A stretch of DNA of 64,000 nt from Lama guanicoe (GCA_013239625.1 MU054117.1:2416011-2480010), one strand, 5' to 3'. Numbered from the stretch's first letter, positions 1-13,095 are shown. Notes: generated from the letters alone by a model not told the origin. Numbers and translations are program-made.

Positions 1-745
1 CCCGGTCTCCATGAATTTGCCTGTTCTGGGCACCTCGGGGAAGTGGAATCATGCGGTGTTTGTCCTTCTGTGTCTGGCTTATTTCGCTTAGTGTGACATC
101 CACAGGAGTCATTCATGTTGTAGCATGTGTCAGGGTTTCATTCCTTTCTAAGGCTGAGTAACGTCCCACCGTATGTTTACACCACAGTTTATCTCTTCAG
201 CAGCAGATGGATATTTGGGTTGTTTCCACCTTTTGAAAATTGTGAATAATGCTGCTATGAACACTGGTTGTATAAGTATTTGTTTGAATCTCTGCTTTCA
301 GTCCTTTTGGGTGTATACCCAGAAGTGGAATGGCTGGATCATATGGTAATTTTATGTTTGTTTATTTTTTCCAGGGACCACTGTATTTACACAGTGACTG
401 CACAATTGTACACTGCCAGCAGCAGTGCACAAGGGTTCCTTCCAGTGTCTCCGCATCCTCACCACACTTACTTTCTAGGTTTTTTTTAATAGTCATCCAG
501 ATGCTTGTGAAGTGGCATGTCACTGTGATTCTAATTTGCATTTCCCCAGTGATCCATGGTACTGAGCATCTTTTCATGTGTCTGTTGGCCATTTATGTTA
601 TCTTCTTTGGAAAAATGTCTGTTCAAGTCCTTTACCAGTTTTTGAATTCGAGTTTGTTTTCTTGTTGAGTTGTAGGAGTTCTTTGTATTTTCTGGATATT
701 AATCCTTTATCAGATACATGATTTGCAAATATTTTCTCTCATAAA
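1..745 (-). mobile_element. Old L1 (L1M-type) 3' fragment, antisense, in a TULP3 intron
   Basis: Typical antisense L1 3'-end text (gttgtttccaccttttg...aataatgctgctatgaaca...gagcatcttttcatgtg...tttgcaaatattttctc); minus-strand ORF 362..592 resembles the L1 ORF2 C-terminus (RHMKRCS...EMQI...GTLVHCCWQC). Confidence 0.85.
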
Positions 746-958
746 CATAATGTTTCAAAGATCTAAATTAGGGTGGCAACATCAGGGAAGGAAAGCGGGA
801 TGGATCTAGGTGAGAATATGAAGAAAGAATTGTCAGAACGTGGATAAAATAGCCACGTTTTAAGTCCGAATAGCTTGGAATGTTTTAAGGAAGAAAAGTA
901 AAGTTACATTTGGTTCAAAGATTTCTAGCCCTTTTGACAGTTTCTCCTTTTCTGCCAG

Positions 959-1092
959 GCATCTCAGGTAGCTTGAACTTTGATGAAGAGGAGACTGATG
1001 GGGAGGAGGAGGAAGGGAAGAAACTGAGGTCTCATTCGCCAAATTCAGAGACAGAGAGACCCAGTTCTGCGTCCAGCCAGAAGCCAGCCGCG
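959..1092 (+). CDS. TULP3: TULP3 internal coding exon (acidic linker, GISGSLNFDEEETDGEEEEG...SSQKPAA)
   Basis: Acceptor tttctgccAG (957-958), donor GTacgc at 1093; 134 nt, ends in phase 0 and joins the next exon in frame; resembles the mammalian TULP3 linker NFDEE...RPSSASSQ. Confidence 0.88.
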
Positions 1093-1466
1093 GTACGCAC
1101 TTGTGAGCCGTCTTCCCGTGGAGCTGATTTAACTGTTTCCTAAACATGCCTTCGGTATTCAGGTGCCATTACTGAGTGAGGGCTGCTTCCGAGACGCAAG
1201 CTGGGGTTTACACTTAAAGGCCATGACTCCCTGATTTCTTGTGTCCCGAGCCAGCTGCTGGGAAGCTGTACCCCGTTTGTGCTTCGCTCCCTCCTTGCTC
1301 CCCTGTTCATGTCCTTGTTTAACGGCTTAGGTTTTCCATGTTCTGTCAGACGGCTGAGGCCATACGGGTGACTCAGTAAGGTGTTCTGTCCTGTAAGCGT
1401 TCCTCCAGGGGTGCACGAGGCGTTCTGACGCAGCTTCCTGCCGCTCACCTGTGACTGCTCTTTCAG

Positions 1467-1664
1467 GACACAGGGGCTTCCGGAGCTGCAGCCCAGCAAA
1501 CTGATAGCCAGCTGGGAGAAATAGAGAGTTTAGAGGACTTTGCCTACAGTCCTGCCCCTCGAGGCATCACAGTGAAGTGTCGGATAACCAGGGACAAGAA
1601 AGGAGTGGATCGCGGTCTCTTCCCCACCTATTATATGCACTTGGAAAAGGACGAAAATCGAAAG
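1467..1664 (+). CDS. TULP3: TULP3 coding exon, start of tubby domain (DTGASG...[45 protein letters not shown])
   Basis: Acceptor ctctttcAG, donor GTatgg; 198 nt; canonical tubby-family motif. Confidence 0.97.
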
Positions 1665-2219
1665 GTATGGGAGGTGGTTCTTAAGACGATCTTGGGATGG
1701 AGGGAGGGTGCTGTGGGATGGCTTGTGGATGGTCTTGCGACGGGAGCAGCAGCAGCCTTAGACCAGGACGGCAGGCACTGGCCTGTGCTTGTTCATCCCT
1801 CAGCGTCTCCGAGGAGCTCACAGTCTAATAGTCAAACTCTGTCCCCGCCCCAAAGAGAAAGAGGTTTATCCAGAACGTGAGAAGACGGAAGAGAATATTT
1901 GGATGTAACTGCTTTTGCGTCCATCCCTTCTTTGGGCTCGGGAGTGCTCCAGTGTGCTCTTCGGCTTTTATTTTTATCACCGTGGAACATGATGTTGTGG
2001 AAGAAAGAGCGAGTTTTAGGGAACGAGAGGAATTGGAAATAGAGAAAATATGCAAGTGAAATGTCTTCTCACCTTAGGAATTTGAATCTACTTTATACAT
2101 GAAGTGGAGGGAACTTAACACTTGCTAATGAACAACGTATTTTGTACTAACACCAGGTCTAAGTGGGTGGTTTAGGGGCCTAGAAATGAGATGGTGACAG
2201 TAGATACCGGTGTCGGTAC

Positions 2220-2435
2220 AGCCACTGTTTGTTGAGTGTTGACAGTGTACCAGGCGTGTGTTAAATGCTTTATGTATATTGTCACCTAGGATCCTTACGA
2301 CACCCAGTCAGATAGGAGTTCGTATCCCTGCTTGATGGGCGAGGTAACTGGGGCTCAGGAAGGACATACCTACCCCGGATCCGTACGAAGTGGCAGAGCC
2401 AGGTTTAAACTCCTCTGTCTGTTGGATTCCAGAGT
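2220..2435 (+). mobile_element. MIR SINE relic
   Basis: ttgagtgttgacagtgtaccagg...gaggtaactggggctcagga...gtggcagagccaggtttaaactc resembles the MIR core; orientation approximate. Confidence 0.6.
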
Positions 2436-3578
2436 GCTCCCCCCCCCCACTTAGTTACTGCCGCCTCCTGCTTCCCTGTTATTTTTGAGTCTAGAAGGGT
2501 TTGGGAAGGATGCATGAATGTGACAGTATTCATAGCACTGAAGTCATAGGAGTTTAGAACCACAACACTCAAAATACAGAAGGCAGCACCAGGAACGTAG
2601 CTGCAGTGTGGGGCGGAAAGCCTGGTGCCCAGGGCCCCGCCTCTCCCAGAGGTGGACAGACTCTTACTTGTGGAACTGGATGAAGCTTCTTCAAAAAGTC
2701 ACTTCTATGGATAACGTTATAAATTCTTATATGGAGAATCAAGCTGGTGAATTTAGAGAAGTTGTGCAGTAGGGAAACCCTGGTAGTGAATTCTGAGAAG
2801 CATGATGAGGGTTTGAAAAAGGGATAAGGACCCGAGACCGGGCTTTGAGAAACCCCGAGTGGCAGATATACTGGTGCCATGACAAGGCGTGGAGGCCCCC
2901 GGGGGCCCAGGGATGGCAGGCCATGGTGGCTCCCGCAGCCACATCTGGAGGCCAAGAACCCAGAGCTCACGGAGACAAGGCAAGGACAGAGTGGACACCC
3001 CTCACCCAGCTGGGTCGCCTGGTTGCCTCTGGAGGAGATGCATCTCTTCCCCCTGCCTGCCACTCCAGGTTACAGTGGACATGCAGGTCTGGGTGTTAGA
3101 TGCCCCAGGGAGGCAGCCACCGCCACCCATGAGGCCACTGTTCAGGCCAAGTTCTCCACAGTCCTCGTGCGGTGAGGCAACTGGGGGAGCAGGGTCGGCA
3201 AATCCGACGCTATCCCTGCAAGGTGACCGGCTGCTGCAGCTCTGGGCTGGTGCCTCTCATCCCTGTCCCCTGGGCCCTGGCATCATCTCAGCCCCTGTGC
3301 CCAAGAGGCCACTGCTGTTGACCGGCAGGGACAACAGCTATGCCTTGGCCAGGGCCGCACGGCCACCCTGGGCAGCTCTGCTGAGGCCACCTCTGATGCC
3401 ATCCCAGGACCTCCGGCTGCTCACCTGCCAGCTCTGTCAAATCTCCCCGTCACAGAAAGGCCCAGAGATTGGCTACTTGGTGCATGATGGCACGTGATGA
3501 ATACTTGCCAGCTGAAGAGGTGCGACAGACATGGCCATCCTCGGGTTCACTTTTTACTGAAATGTTTTTCTTTTTTAG

Positions 3579-3691
3579 ATATTTCTTCTTGCAGGTAGAA
3601 AGCGGAAAAAGAGCAAAACATCCAACTACCTGATCTCCACTGACCCAACAGATTTGTCCCGTGAGGGGGAGAGTTACGTCGGCAAACTCAG
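3579..3691 (+). CDS. TULP3: TULP3 coding exon ([38 protein letters not shown])
   Basis: Acceptor ttttttAG, donor GTaccg; 113 nt; translated by hand (absent from the ORF track); contains the basic RKRKKSK stretch and the KLR phosphoinositide-binding motif. Confidence 0.97.
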
Positions 3692-3963
3692 GTACCGGTG
3701 GCCCGCCCGTCCTTCCTGGCACTGCGGTGCCTGTGGTTTCAGAACAGCCTCACAGCGTTCACAGCTGAGCGCGTGCTGCTGTCATCTAACAGGGAGCTGG
3801 AAGGAGATATAAGGGCCTTCCTTGTTTTAATGATAGATCTTTGAAAAGGTGATGGTGACCATTTAGACCTTTGAAGGATGGGCAGAGGCTTCACCTTCCC
3901 CAGGTTGTGTTTGTGTAAGAAAAAAATACAGGTCATCATGGTGACGTTTTCTCTTGATTCTAG

Positions 3964-4078
3964 GTCCAACCTCATGGGGACCAAGTTTACAGTTTATGAC
4001 CATGGTGTCAGCCCGGCCAAGGCCCAGGGCCTGGTGGAGAAGGCCTACACCCGGCAGGAGCTGGCTGCCGTGTGCTAC
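3964..4078 (+). CDS. TULP3: TULP3 coding exon ([38 protein letters not shown])
   Basis: Acceptor ttctAG, donor GTgagt; 115 nt; phase matches both neighbours. Confidence 0.97.
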
Positions 4079-5340
4079 GTGAGTGCCGCCCCGCTCACCG
4101 CAGCCTGGCTGCCCCCCGGCTCGGCGGCGTCCCGCCCACGCCCGTGTCGCCGCTCTCCCTGAGCCCGCTGTGTCACTACGTCCCGCGTACCTGCTCTGCC
4201 CACTTCCTGGTGCCGCTGCCTTTACTCAGACCTTCGCTGCTGCCTCCTGCCCACTGGCTAGAGGTCACAGAGCATCAGAAGCTCGTCTCTCCGCTCCCAG
4301 TCTCCTGCCCAGTCGGTCCTCTGTCGTTGCCAGAGAAGCGGCCCGGCTGCTGCGCCTCTGCTTCTCCACTCCATGTGTTTTCACACTGCCCCATGGGGGC
4401 AGAATTGAGCCCAGTGCTGCTCCTTCCCGTCCAGGCTCCCCTGGGGGTGTGTCCCCACCTGTCCCCGTCGGTCCAGCGACAGCAGTCCTCCGGTCCCTCC
4501 TTCCCTTTGTGGCGTCCCCCTGCACTTCCCCCTGCGACCTGCAGTACCCTGCTCACTGCGGCTTCAGCACGACCCTCCTCCCAGTTCTTGAGCCCATCTT
4601 CTTTCCGCGTCCTCGCTGATGTGGGCCCGGTGTGGGAGCCGGCGTCCTGGGAGCTGTAGGGGCAGGGAAAGCAGGGGCTTAACCCACTCAGCTGCTGCTC
4701 TGAGCCGAGTCCCAGCTTCTCCCCAGGTGGAATTAATCTCATCATTTGGTTCCCATGAGATTTTATCCAAATCTGACTGAGCCATTTGAGTTAACACTGC
4801 GCATCGTATAGTGTGTTTTCTCTTAGCTTCAGAATTAAATATTTGAACCATGCATGACTTTAAGATGTGTGTGTATGTGTGTGGATACACACGTGCAGCA
4901 CATGTTTAATGTGCTTATTTTGTTCGGATATGATCTGCCTTGCTTGACAGACACCTGAACCTCTTCCTGGTCCAGGCTCCGTTTGCCCTAAGTCGTAGCT
5001 CTCACCGTGCGCCATGCAGTGCTGTGCCTTCGCTGGCAAATACAGACTTCTGATGATGGCAAAACTGTACAGTTTGCTCACAATTACCTGAAATTTCTCT
5101 TAAGACTAACAAGTAAGAGTAGAGTTTCAGGCCAGTAGAATCTGTTTTAAACTCAGGTGGTCGGATTAGGTTTAAAAGGTCTTGACCCTCCATCTCTCTT
5201 TGTTGAACTACAAGAAAGTAATAGAATACTGTTTAATGCTCTTGGCGTCGTCAACATTTTATGCCCTAGAAAGTCTTGAGTTAAGAATGTAGCCTTTTCA
5301 TTTCAGTTCCAAGTTCCTGCCTTATTTTCCTCTCTTCCAG

Positions 5341-5439
5341 GAAACCAACGTCCTCGGGTTTAAAGGCCCTCGGAAGATGTCTGTGATCGTTCCCGGGATG
5401 ACCATGAATCATGAACGGATCCCATTTCAGCCACGAAAT
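5341..5439 (+). CDS. TULP3: TULP3 coding exon ([33 protein letters not shown])
   Basis: Acceptor ctcttccAG, donor GTaagt; 99 nt. Confidence 0.97.
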
Positions 5440-5789
5440 GTAAGTAAGAGCGTATTTAATCAGCAAAGGGCTCTAAGAGACAAGACTGCAGTACAACGAG
5501 ATCAATGGAAAAAAGTATTGATTCTTCCAGAGCCCAGCCGGGAGGGTGGCTCACAGTCCCTTCAGGAGCCATCCCCCCGGACCCAGGTCAGCGCAGTTGC
5601 TGACGTGGTTGATTTGCAAAGAGAAATGCTAGTTATTCTACAGGAATCTAAAAAAACCTTGCTGAATTTCTGGCTTTTTTCACTTGTTTTACTTTGTTTT
5701 ACTTCCTGCTCTGCCTCCTGCCCCCAGCGTTGAGGATGAGAGGTCTCCCGTGGTCCTCAGGACAGACAGGTGCCTTTCATTTCCAACAG

Positions 5790-5961
5790 GACCATGAGAG
5801 CTTGCTTTCAAAGTGGCAAAGCAAGACCATGGAGAACTTGATTGAACTGCACAACAAGTCCCCAGTCTGGAATGATGACACCCAGTCCTACGTCCTGAAC
5901 TTCCACGGCCGGGTCACGCAGGCGTCTGTGAAGAACTTCCAGATAGTCCACGAAAGTGACC
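5790..5961 (+). CDS. TULP3: TULP3 coding exon ([10 protein letters not shown]...[38 protein letters not shown])
   Basis: Acceptor ccaacAG, donor GTaagc; 172 nt; tubby signature [14 protein letters not shown]. Confidence 0.97.
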
Positions 5962-6509
5962 GTAAGCCCCCAGGAAGGGCTGGGCGGGGACAGGAGGGAA
6001 GATGTTCTTTCAGGAGTCAGAAATGAGCATCGTTGGGAGGAAGTCATATTCAGGCGAGAATGATTTGAGAAGGAAATGATTTCTTTGGAAAGACAGAACT
6101 ACAGCCTCACAGTTAAATTCCTGAACCGCCGCGCTGCAGAGGGCGGCGGGGTGGGAGAGCTTCCTTGAGGCAGGGCAGGAGGCCTCGGGGAGGCTGCTGG
6201 GCGCGGCCGCGGGGACCTTCGCACAGTGAGGGCTCCTGGCGGCCCCCGGCACCGGTGCTGCCCCGGCCAGCGCCTCAGGCTGCTCTCACCTCTTGCCCTT
6301 TCCTGCTGGCTGGGGGGCCCCGTCCCTGGAGCTGCACGGGGCACAGTGCGGACTGCTCATGGTCCCCGCCGTTCTTGTCCACGCCCCCTCCTGTCCGTAA
6401 GCCTCCCGTGTGAAGAGACTTGGTGGCTAACTGGCCTGTTGGGGGGTTTTTCTGTATCTCAGGTAGGCTCTTCCCCAGGTTCTAACGTCCCGATTTTTCC
6501 TGCTCCCAG

Positions 6510-6643
6510 CGGACTATATAGTCATGCAGTTCGGACGTGTGGCCGACGACGTGTTCACACTGGACTACAGCTACCCGCTGTGTGCCCTTCAGGCCTTTGC
6601 CATCGGGCTCTCCAGCTTCGACAGCAAGCTGGCATGCGAGTGA
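6510..6643 (+). CDS. TULP3: TULP3 last coding exon ([44 protein letters not shown])
   Basis: Acceptor ctcccAG; ends with the tubby C-terminal signature [10 protein letters not shown] and TGA at 6641-6643. Confidence 0.98.
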
Positions 6644-8528
6644 GGGAGCAGCAGCGCTGGCCTTCTCCCCGCAGAGCTGTTCTGGGCGCAGCCGCCGCCC
6701 TGCTCTTGCCCCAAGACACGCAGAGCTACAGTCTGCCCCTTTCGGGATGATCCCTGAGAGTATATAACGCGTGTCTGTGCACGCGCCACCCCGCCCAGTC
6801 CCCGCGCCGCTCGGGGATCACAGCCTGACCGGGTCGGGGACGGTTCGAAGCCCGGAGAGGCTCTTGTCCAGAGCAGGGGACTCCTGAAGTCAGTGCCCAG
6901 CAGAGTCAGAGTTCTTGTGCCTGGAAATTCGTAGCCAAAGTGAGCTTCTTAAATATGCGAGTCTCCTTTTTTGAAGACCTTTTCAGAGAGGGAGAGTTCC
7001 CTGAACTGCCTTTATCTCCAGGCCTGCAAACTTTCCCCGTAAACGGCCGGTAGTGTCTTAACACTGCGCTGCTCTGTGGCGGCCAGTTCATCCACGGGGC
7101 CGCGGCTGTGTCCCTGACACGGGCGGCAGGCCAGTCCCTCCTGTGGGCGTCCCTCTCTCATCCAGAATGGGTCCCCAGTTGTGAGAGCATCTGAGTCGGG
7201 GGCTGTCTCTGAGAAGCAGCCATCCTGCAGGTCGACTCTGAAGAGACGTGCAGCCTCATTCGCTGTAACGTAGCTTTTACCTTGTTTGGAATGATTTCCA
7301 GAGTCATTTGCTGTCAGAACTGGGAACCCGAGTCAGTCCTCGTTCTGAGTCCACACGGCTGGCTTGAGTCTGCCATCCCACCCACCTCGCCCGTGGGGGA
7401 CGGTGCGCCGCCGTCTCTGTGGACAGAGCGTGTGCCGGGTCCCCAGAACTAGCCACCCCCGCCCCTTCCCCGTGTCACAGCCCCTCTCCCCTTGTTCTCA
7501 GCAGGTTGGCTGGCTCCGATCTCAGAGTGGCTGTGGCCAGATGTATGATCAGTGATGTGAGAAATGTACGTGAGCGTCCTCATTTTGGTTTAGGCTGGAA
7601 GTGTAAACTCTAGAGGCGACCGGGTCTAGTTAAGCCTGAGGACTGCTGGACAGTGGCCTTCACTGTCAGCCCGGGAGGCCTCCCACAGCCGTGCGGCCGC
7701 GGAGCGGTCGGCGTAGAGGCACACGCCTGCGGACGTGTGGGGGGTGCCAGAACAGTGTGTGTGGAGACTTGCCATTGTCACTGTGGAGAGGGGCAGGGAC
7801 CAGACCTTGCTGGCAGGGCCGGGCCTCTCTTCTCGACGTGAGCACCGTCCGCTCCCGAGGCCCATTCGTCCGAGATCACGTCCCGTCATGAGCTTCTCAC
7901 AGATTGTAAGAGTTCTGCTCAGTCGTTCAGATTATTAGCATCTCCCAGCGAATCGTGTGAGGCTGCCAGGTCACGGCCCCCGAGCGCACCTGGGTGTGGA
8001 GGACTCGGGAGCCCGGTGAGCTCTGTGCTGGCGATGTCGCCTCCCAGGCTCTGCACGGGGCCAGGCGTCAGCGGCTGTCGCTCCATTGTGTTTCCCTCCT
8101 GTGGACTTCCTCCCTGTCCCCGCTGCCTGCTGTCCCTGCTCCACGTCCAACAGCAGTGGGAAAGGCCAGGGACGAGAAGGCCCGCGCTCACCCGCCGGCG
8201 GGCCCCACCCGCTGTCCTGCCGAGGTCGGTCCCTGAGTCCCAGGCCTGCTTGCCCTCAAGTGCCTCGTTCAGAGAAGTGCCCGCCAGCCCCCTGGCGCCG
8301 CCGTCCCTGAGTGCCCCCTGTCTGACAAGCTGCGGCGTTGAAAACAGAAGGCTGGTCCCTTGTCTCCAGATGCAGAGTATGAAGGGTCCCAGGAGGGGCC
8401 GCGGGGCCTGAGCCCGCGTCCGCCCGCCCGCTCCGGCTCAGAGACGCCCCCCGCTTCGCGCGCTCCTGCTTGGGTGCGCAGGTGGTTGGTTTTACGTGAA
8501 TCGTATTCATATCTTTTGTGGCCACAGA

Positions 8529-8534
8529 AATAAA
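8529..8534 (+). terminator. TULP3: Candidate TULP3 polyadenylation signal AATAAA (3' UTR about 1.9 kb)
   Basis: First AATAAA I see after the stop; U-rich upstream (ggttttacg, atcttttgtg) and GU/U-rich downstream (tgtgagtgttgcc, ttcgtcttt). Confidence 0.7.
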
Positions 8535-11422
8535 AAGTGATTTCCGTGACAATGTGAGTGTTGCCATTCGTCTTTCCAAGTCCCATCCCTCGCTCGGCTC
8601 GCACCTTCATGTTCTGTCACAGTAATTGCATCGCTTGGCGGCAGTGAATGGGGTCAGTTCTTTGAAGCCAGGTGACAGTCACCGTCAGCCTTCATCCCAG
8701 GGCAGGAGCCGAGTCTGCGTCCTGGAGGCTGTAGACTCACGCACACCACACCGACCTCAGAGCCGAGGCTGAGCGTGGCGGGCCCAGAGGTTCTGGATCC
8801 GTGGCTCTGGATCCGGCGCCGGGCAGCCTCCCGGGTCATCCTTGTGCTGCTTCTGGACTCAGCAACGAAGCAAATCAGATATCTGCTAGTAAAGCAGAGC
8901 CCATCTCTTACCTCCGAGTGGGCACATTCAGAGCTTCCTTTCAGAGGCAGCTTGGACAGATGCACTCATGAGTCTGCAAGGCCTCCCTGCTCGCAGGGTG
9001 TGGTGGGGGGTGAATCACGTGAAGCAGGGAGAGCCCCGAGATCAGGGCGAGAGCTGGAGCCAGGCTGACTTTTATAGCTTGGTTTTTCTTTTTCATGATT
9101 CTTTTTGGCCAGTGTACTTGTGACACAGTTTTACACCCTTGCCAGTGACCAGAAGAAGATACCATGAAGATAACAGCAAGTGGTGGTTAAAAATGTAAGC
9201 TGGGCGGCCAGAGGCTCTCTGACCTGGAGGTCAGTAAATGAGAGAAGAGACGGATGAGCACCGTTCACCTTGAGCACCGTGGGTGCAGCGGCAGGTGACG
9301 GTTCCATCAGGCAAAGCCCCTGCGCTCTGGCCCTCTTCCTGCCAGTGATTTGCCAGATGCGTCTCTGGTCCTCGATAGATTGAGGGTTTTGAGTTCCTGA
9401 CCCCTGCCCCTGAGGGATACAGTGCTCCCCGCTCACGCTGGCAGCCACCCCAAATCCCCATGTGTTGACTCGAGCTCTCTGGCTACCTCCTGGACAGCTA
9501 CGTGCTGTTTGTGGCAGAAGAGACCTGGGGAGAAGACGTGGAGGCACGAGCCAGGGCCTGGGGAGGGAGACTGGGTGGCGGGAGCACCTTGTGGGAGGAT
9601 CTGGTCCTGAGCCAGGAGAGCTGCCTTCCCGGCCGTGGACCCCGCGTGCTCCCCAGAGGAGACGTTGGGATGTTGGGTGTTGCACGTGCCCTTCTCCGCC
9701 TCCAGCTCCCCTCTGTGCGGACCAGCCCCTGCCTGTGTCCTCATGCCCCTTGTCCAGCATCTGCTCCTGTCCAGTCCAAGGCCCTTTAAACTTCCGCACG
9801 GGGACCCAGCTGCCCCCAGCCTCCATTTCCTGGCCAGGAGCAGGGGGCTGGTTTTCCCTCCTCTCCCCGCTTTGGTCTCCTAGCTGTCAGGGTCCGTGTG
9901 TACTCTTTCCAAGTCCCACAACCCTTCCATGGTCTGCAGAAACGGGGCGGTGGGGGGAGGACGCCACAGGTGATGCAGGATTCGCCCTGCGTGACCTGGG
10001 ACCTTCAGGCCAGCCCTGGGTAAACGGCAGGCGGCTCTGTGGCACCACCTGCTGGCCAAGGGGTATGTTACCAGTGCGTGAAAATGACTAGCACAGATCT
10101 GTAATCCGGGTGAGGGGAACTCACCACGGACCGTGTTATCAAGTACTTACAAAGACCCCTGTGCTGTGGCGTGACTCTTCTGAAGGTCTGGGGACAGTGA
10201 CCTTCCTGGGGTTTAGAAAGCTGAGGTATTCCAGGTAAAATGCCCGAGATCTGGCACATATTAGTGTGGGATGGGGCAAAAACCAGTATTACCATTTTTT
10301 ATTAATGTTCTTTTGGAAGGGAACAATGCATTTCAGTTGACATTTTTAGCCATGCAACCACACAGAATGGCTTATGAGTGCTCATAAAGCAGTTTCAGGG
10401 GGCTTTCCAGGGCCCATGGTGAGAGGAAAGAGCAACAGCGTGGCTTCACTGGGCAACTACACGTCTGTTCCAACCTCAGTCCTGACTCCACCCTGAGTTC
10501 CTTCCCTTGTACCCATTTCTCCATTCCTACCGGCTGCAGGGTGGGGGAGAAAAAGGGGAAAATAGCCCTGACGTTAATGAGTTTTTGAAATGCTTCAAAT
10601 ATGAAACGGGCCCCTGATTTTCTCTGGCTCTGCTGAGCCTCTCGGTCCGTCAGGCCCAAGCTGCAGGGCCGAGGCCAGGGAGTCGGTGAGGGAGTCTGAG
10701 CCACGCAGAGGGTCGAGCTGGCAGGGGGGCCGAGGTCGGAGCAGGAATTTTCCTGGTCTGCTCCGACCTTTTTTTCCACTTTTTGTGGAGCACAGTGGTT
10801 CTCAAGCCTCAGGGTTTTAACATCTGGTTAAGCACCACCTACTAGATCCTGTCCCTTACGACTCCGAGAATAATCAGCAGTCCTCTTTCCTCTGTGACCT
10901 GGCGGCAGGAAGGTGAGGAAGGAAGGATGGTCTGAGAGGACCGGAGGCCAACAGTCAGAGGAAGGCTGGGAACTAGCTCACGATTTTGAGTGGCGTCTAG
11001 ATGCGGTCCGTACACGAATGCCTGCTCAGGACAGAGCGCAGCAGGGTAAGACGGAAGTGTGACGTTCACATGTCCAGGTTTGGCCTTTGGTCAGTCTGAT
11101 GTTATTCTGTATCAGATACAGATACAAGTTTCAGCTAGTAATTTCATACGGTTTTTAAAAAGTTTAAAGACTCTATAGTGAAAGCCGCCTCCCCTGTCTG
11201 CCCCCTTCTCGCTCCCCGTGCCCCGGCCTCCTCCCGGTTAGCCATGCAGAGAGTCCGGGGGAGCTTTCCAGCATTTCTTTCTGCAGGAATAAAAGTGCAT
11301 TTGTAACTTTCCTCTCTCTGTGCGGAGGTAGCATACTATACGCTTGGTTCAGTAGCTTGCTTTTTCTCACCTAATATATCCTGGAGATGTTTCTATATCA
11401 ATAAACGCAGCCCTTCCTCATC

Positions 11423-11737
11423 CAGCCATGCCTCGTGTTACCATTTCACAGTGGTATGCTTCGCAGATCCTGTGTGTTTTACAAACAAGCTCTGTGGCAG
11501 CCCTGCGTGGTCAGATGATGATCAGCACTTTTTAACAATAAAGTATTTTTAAGTTAAGACACACGTGTTGTTTCTTTAGACCTAGTGCTACTGCACATTT
11601 CATAGGCTACTGTATCACGTGGACATAACTTCTCCTGTATGCACTGAGAAAGCCCCAGATCTGTGTTGCAATGCTTGCTCTCTGGCAGTGGCCTGGGGCT
11701 GAGCCCGCAGGACCTGAGATGTCCTGGTACCCGTCTG
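11423..11737 (+). mobile_element. Internally deleted Tigger1-like (TcMar) DNA transposon
   Basis: 5' part (cagccatgcctcg...gcttcgcagatc...ttttacaaac...tgtggcagccctgcgt) and 3' part (tatgcactgagaaa...gcagtggcctgg) resemble the two ends of Tigger1. Confidence 0.65.
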
Positions 11738-11989
11738 TGCTCTGTGGTGTTTCACTGTAGGAAGTACGGCAAAGCTTTTAGCTAGTCCCCTGTGCATGGG
11801 CTATTTGCACATCAAGAAATCCTATCAGCGTGTTTAGAGTATACATAGGTTCCAGAGGCCGTGCTATTTATTTCAGTCCCTTTTCATTCTTCATACTCTG
11901 TAACTCACCCAGTGTTACACCTAATACACTGGCCCGCCCCGAGCTCTTTCCTGTAAACCACCTGCTGAATGTCTCCTGTATGACCCACA

Positions 11990-12160
11990 GCCATGCCGTC
12001 CAAACACCATCGCCACGAGTCACATGTAACTATTTAAATTAATTAAAATTCAGGCACCTAGCTACATTTCAAGGGCTCGGTAGCCATACGTGGCTTGTGG
12101 CTACCGTCCTGGACAGTGCAGATAAAGAGCATTTTTATCACTGCAGGAAGTTCTGCTGGG
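11990..12160. mobile_element. hAT-Charlie MITE (MER3/MER33-like)
   Basis: tagccatacgtggcttgtggctaccgtcctggacagtgcag...atcactgcaggaagttct is characteristic of this group. Confidence 0.6.
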
Positions 12161-12721
12161 GGCATGGGTCCACAGAAATCTTAGCTTCAGGTTCCCCAAA
12201 CGTAGCTACTTCTTAGCAGTTCTCCTCCCATGTGGGGGTTGCTGTCTGTCCAGCTCCCCTGTCAGGATGTTGGCAGCTCACGGGGCAGGGATGGTGAGTT
12301 ATCTGTTTATCTCTAGTGCCTGCCCAGCACAGGGCCAAGGACAGCACACACGCTCCAGCCGTGCGGAGTGAACACATGACAGAAAACTGAGGCTCATACT
12401 GTAAGTGTGTGTGCAAGGCCACAACTTGTATGCAGCCAAGCTGATGTTTGAACCCGGATTGTTTAAGTCCCCAGTAAGGTCATAATACGTGACTTACAGT
12501 AACTTTCATTTCCAAAATACTGTTACCAGAGTCACTGAAAATGAAGCGTTTAAGTGAATGAGGCTGGAGGAAGCCTTTCCTCCCTTCTAATTTTTTTTCA
12601 GGAAGACCCTGGATTTCTGATCCTAATGACCCCTTGGGAACCTCAGAGAAACTCAACTGTGTGGAGCAGGCCTCAGCCTCTGGGCTCCAGAAACCAAGCG
12701 TTTTATTTCAGTCTGGAAATA

Positions 12722-13095
12722 CATTGTTAGTTTGCGAGGGTTGCTGTGAGAAGGCACCACAGATCGGGTGGCTTAAAGTGAAATTTACTTCCCACAGTTC
12801 CGGAGGCTGGAAGTCCAAGATCAGGGAGTGGGCAGGGTCCGTGTCTCCTGAGGCCTCTCTCCCTGGCTTGTGGATGGCCTTCTCCCCGGGGTCCTTCCTC
12901 TGTGAGTGTCTGGGTCCTAATCTCTTCTTATAAGGAGACTGGGATGGGCCCTGAAGGCCTTTGGGATCCAGTCAGATTGGATTAGGGCCCATCCTAAAGA
13001 CCTCCTTTTAACTTAATCCCCTCTTTAAAGAGTCTCCAAACCCAGCCACATTCAGAGGCTCTGGCGATTGGGACTTAACACATGAATGTGGGGGC
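12722..13095 (-). mobile_element. MaLR solo LTR (MLT1A-like)
   Basis: gggtggcttaaa...cacagttccggaggctggaagtccaagatcagg...tctcctgaggcctctctccctggcttg...gtcagattggattagggccc. Confidence 0.8.

Noticed and set aside
3494..3560. Box C (GTGATGA) and box D (CTGA) arrangement suggesting an intronic snoRNA
   Set aside because: No terminal stem, and it ends only 18 nt from the 3' splice site, overlapping the likely branch region.
5051..5091. TGATGA...CTGA around the small hairpin gcaaaactgtacagtttgc
   Set aside because: Too short for a C/D snoRNA or pre-miRNA; compatible with chance.
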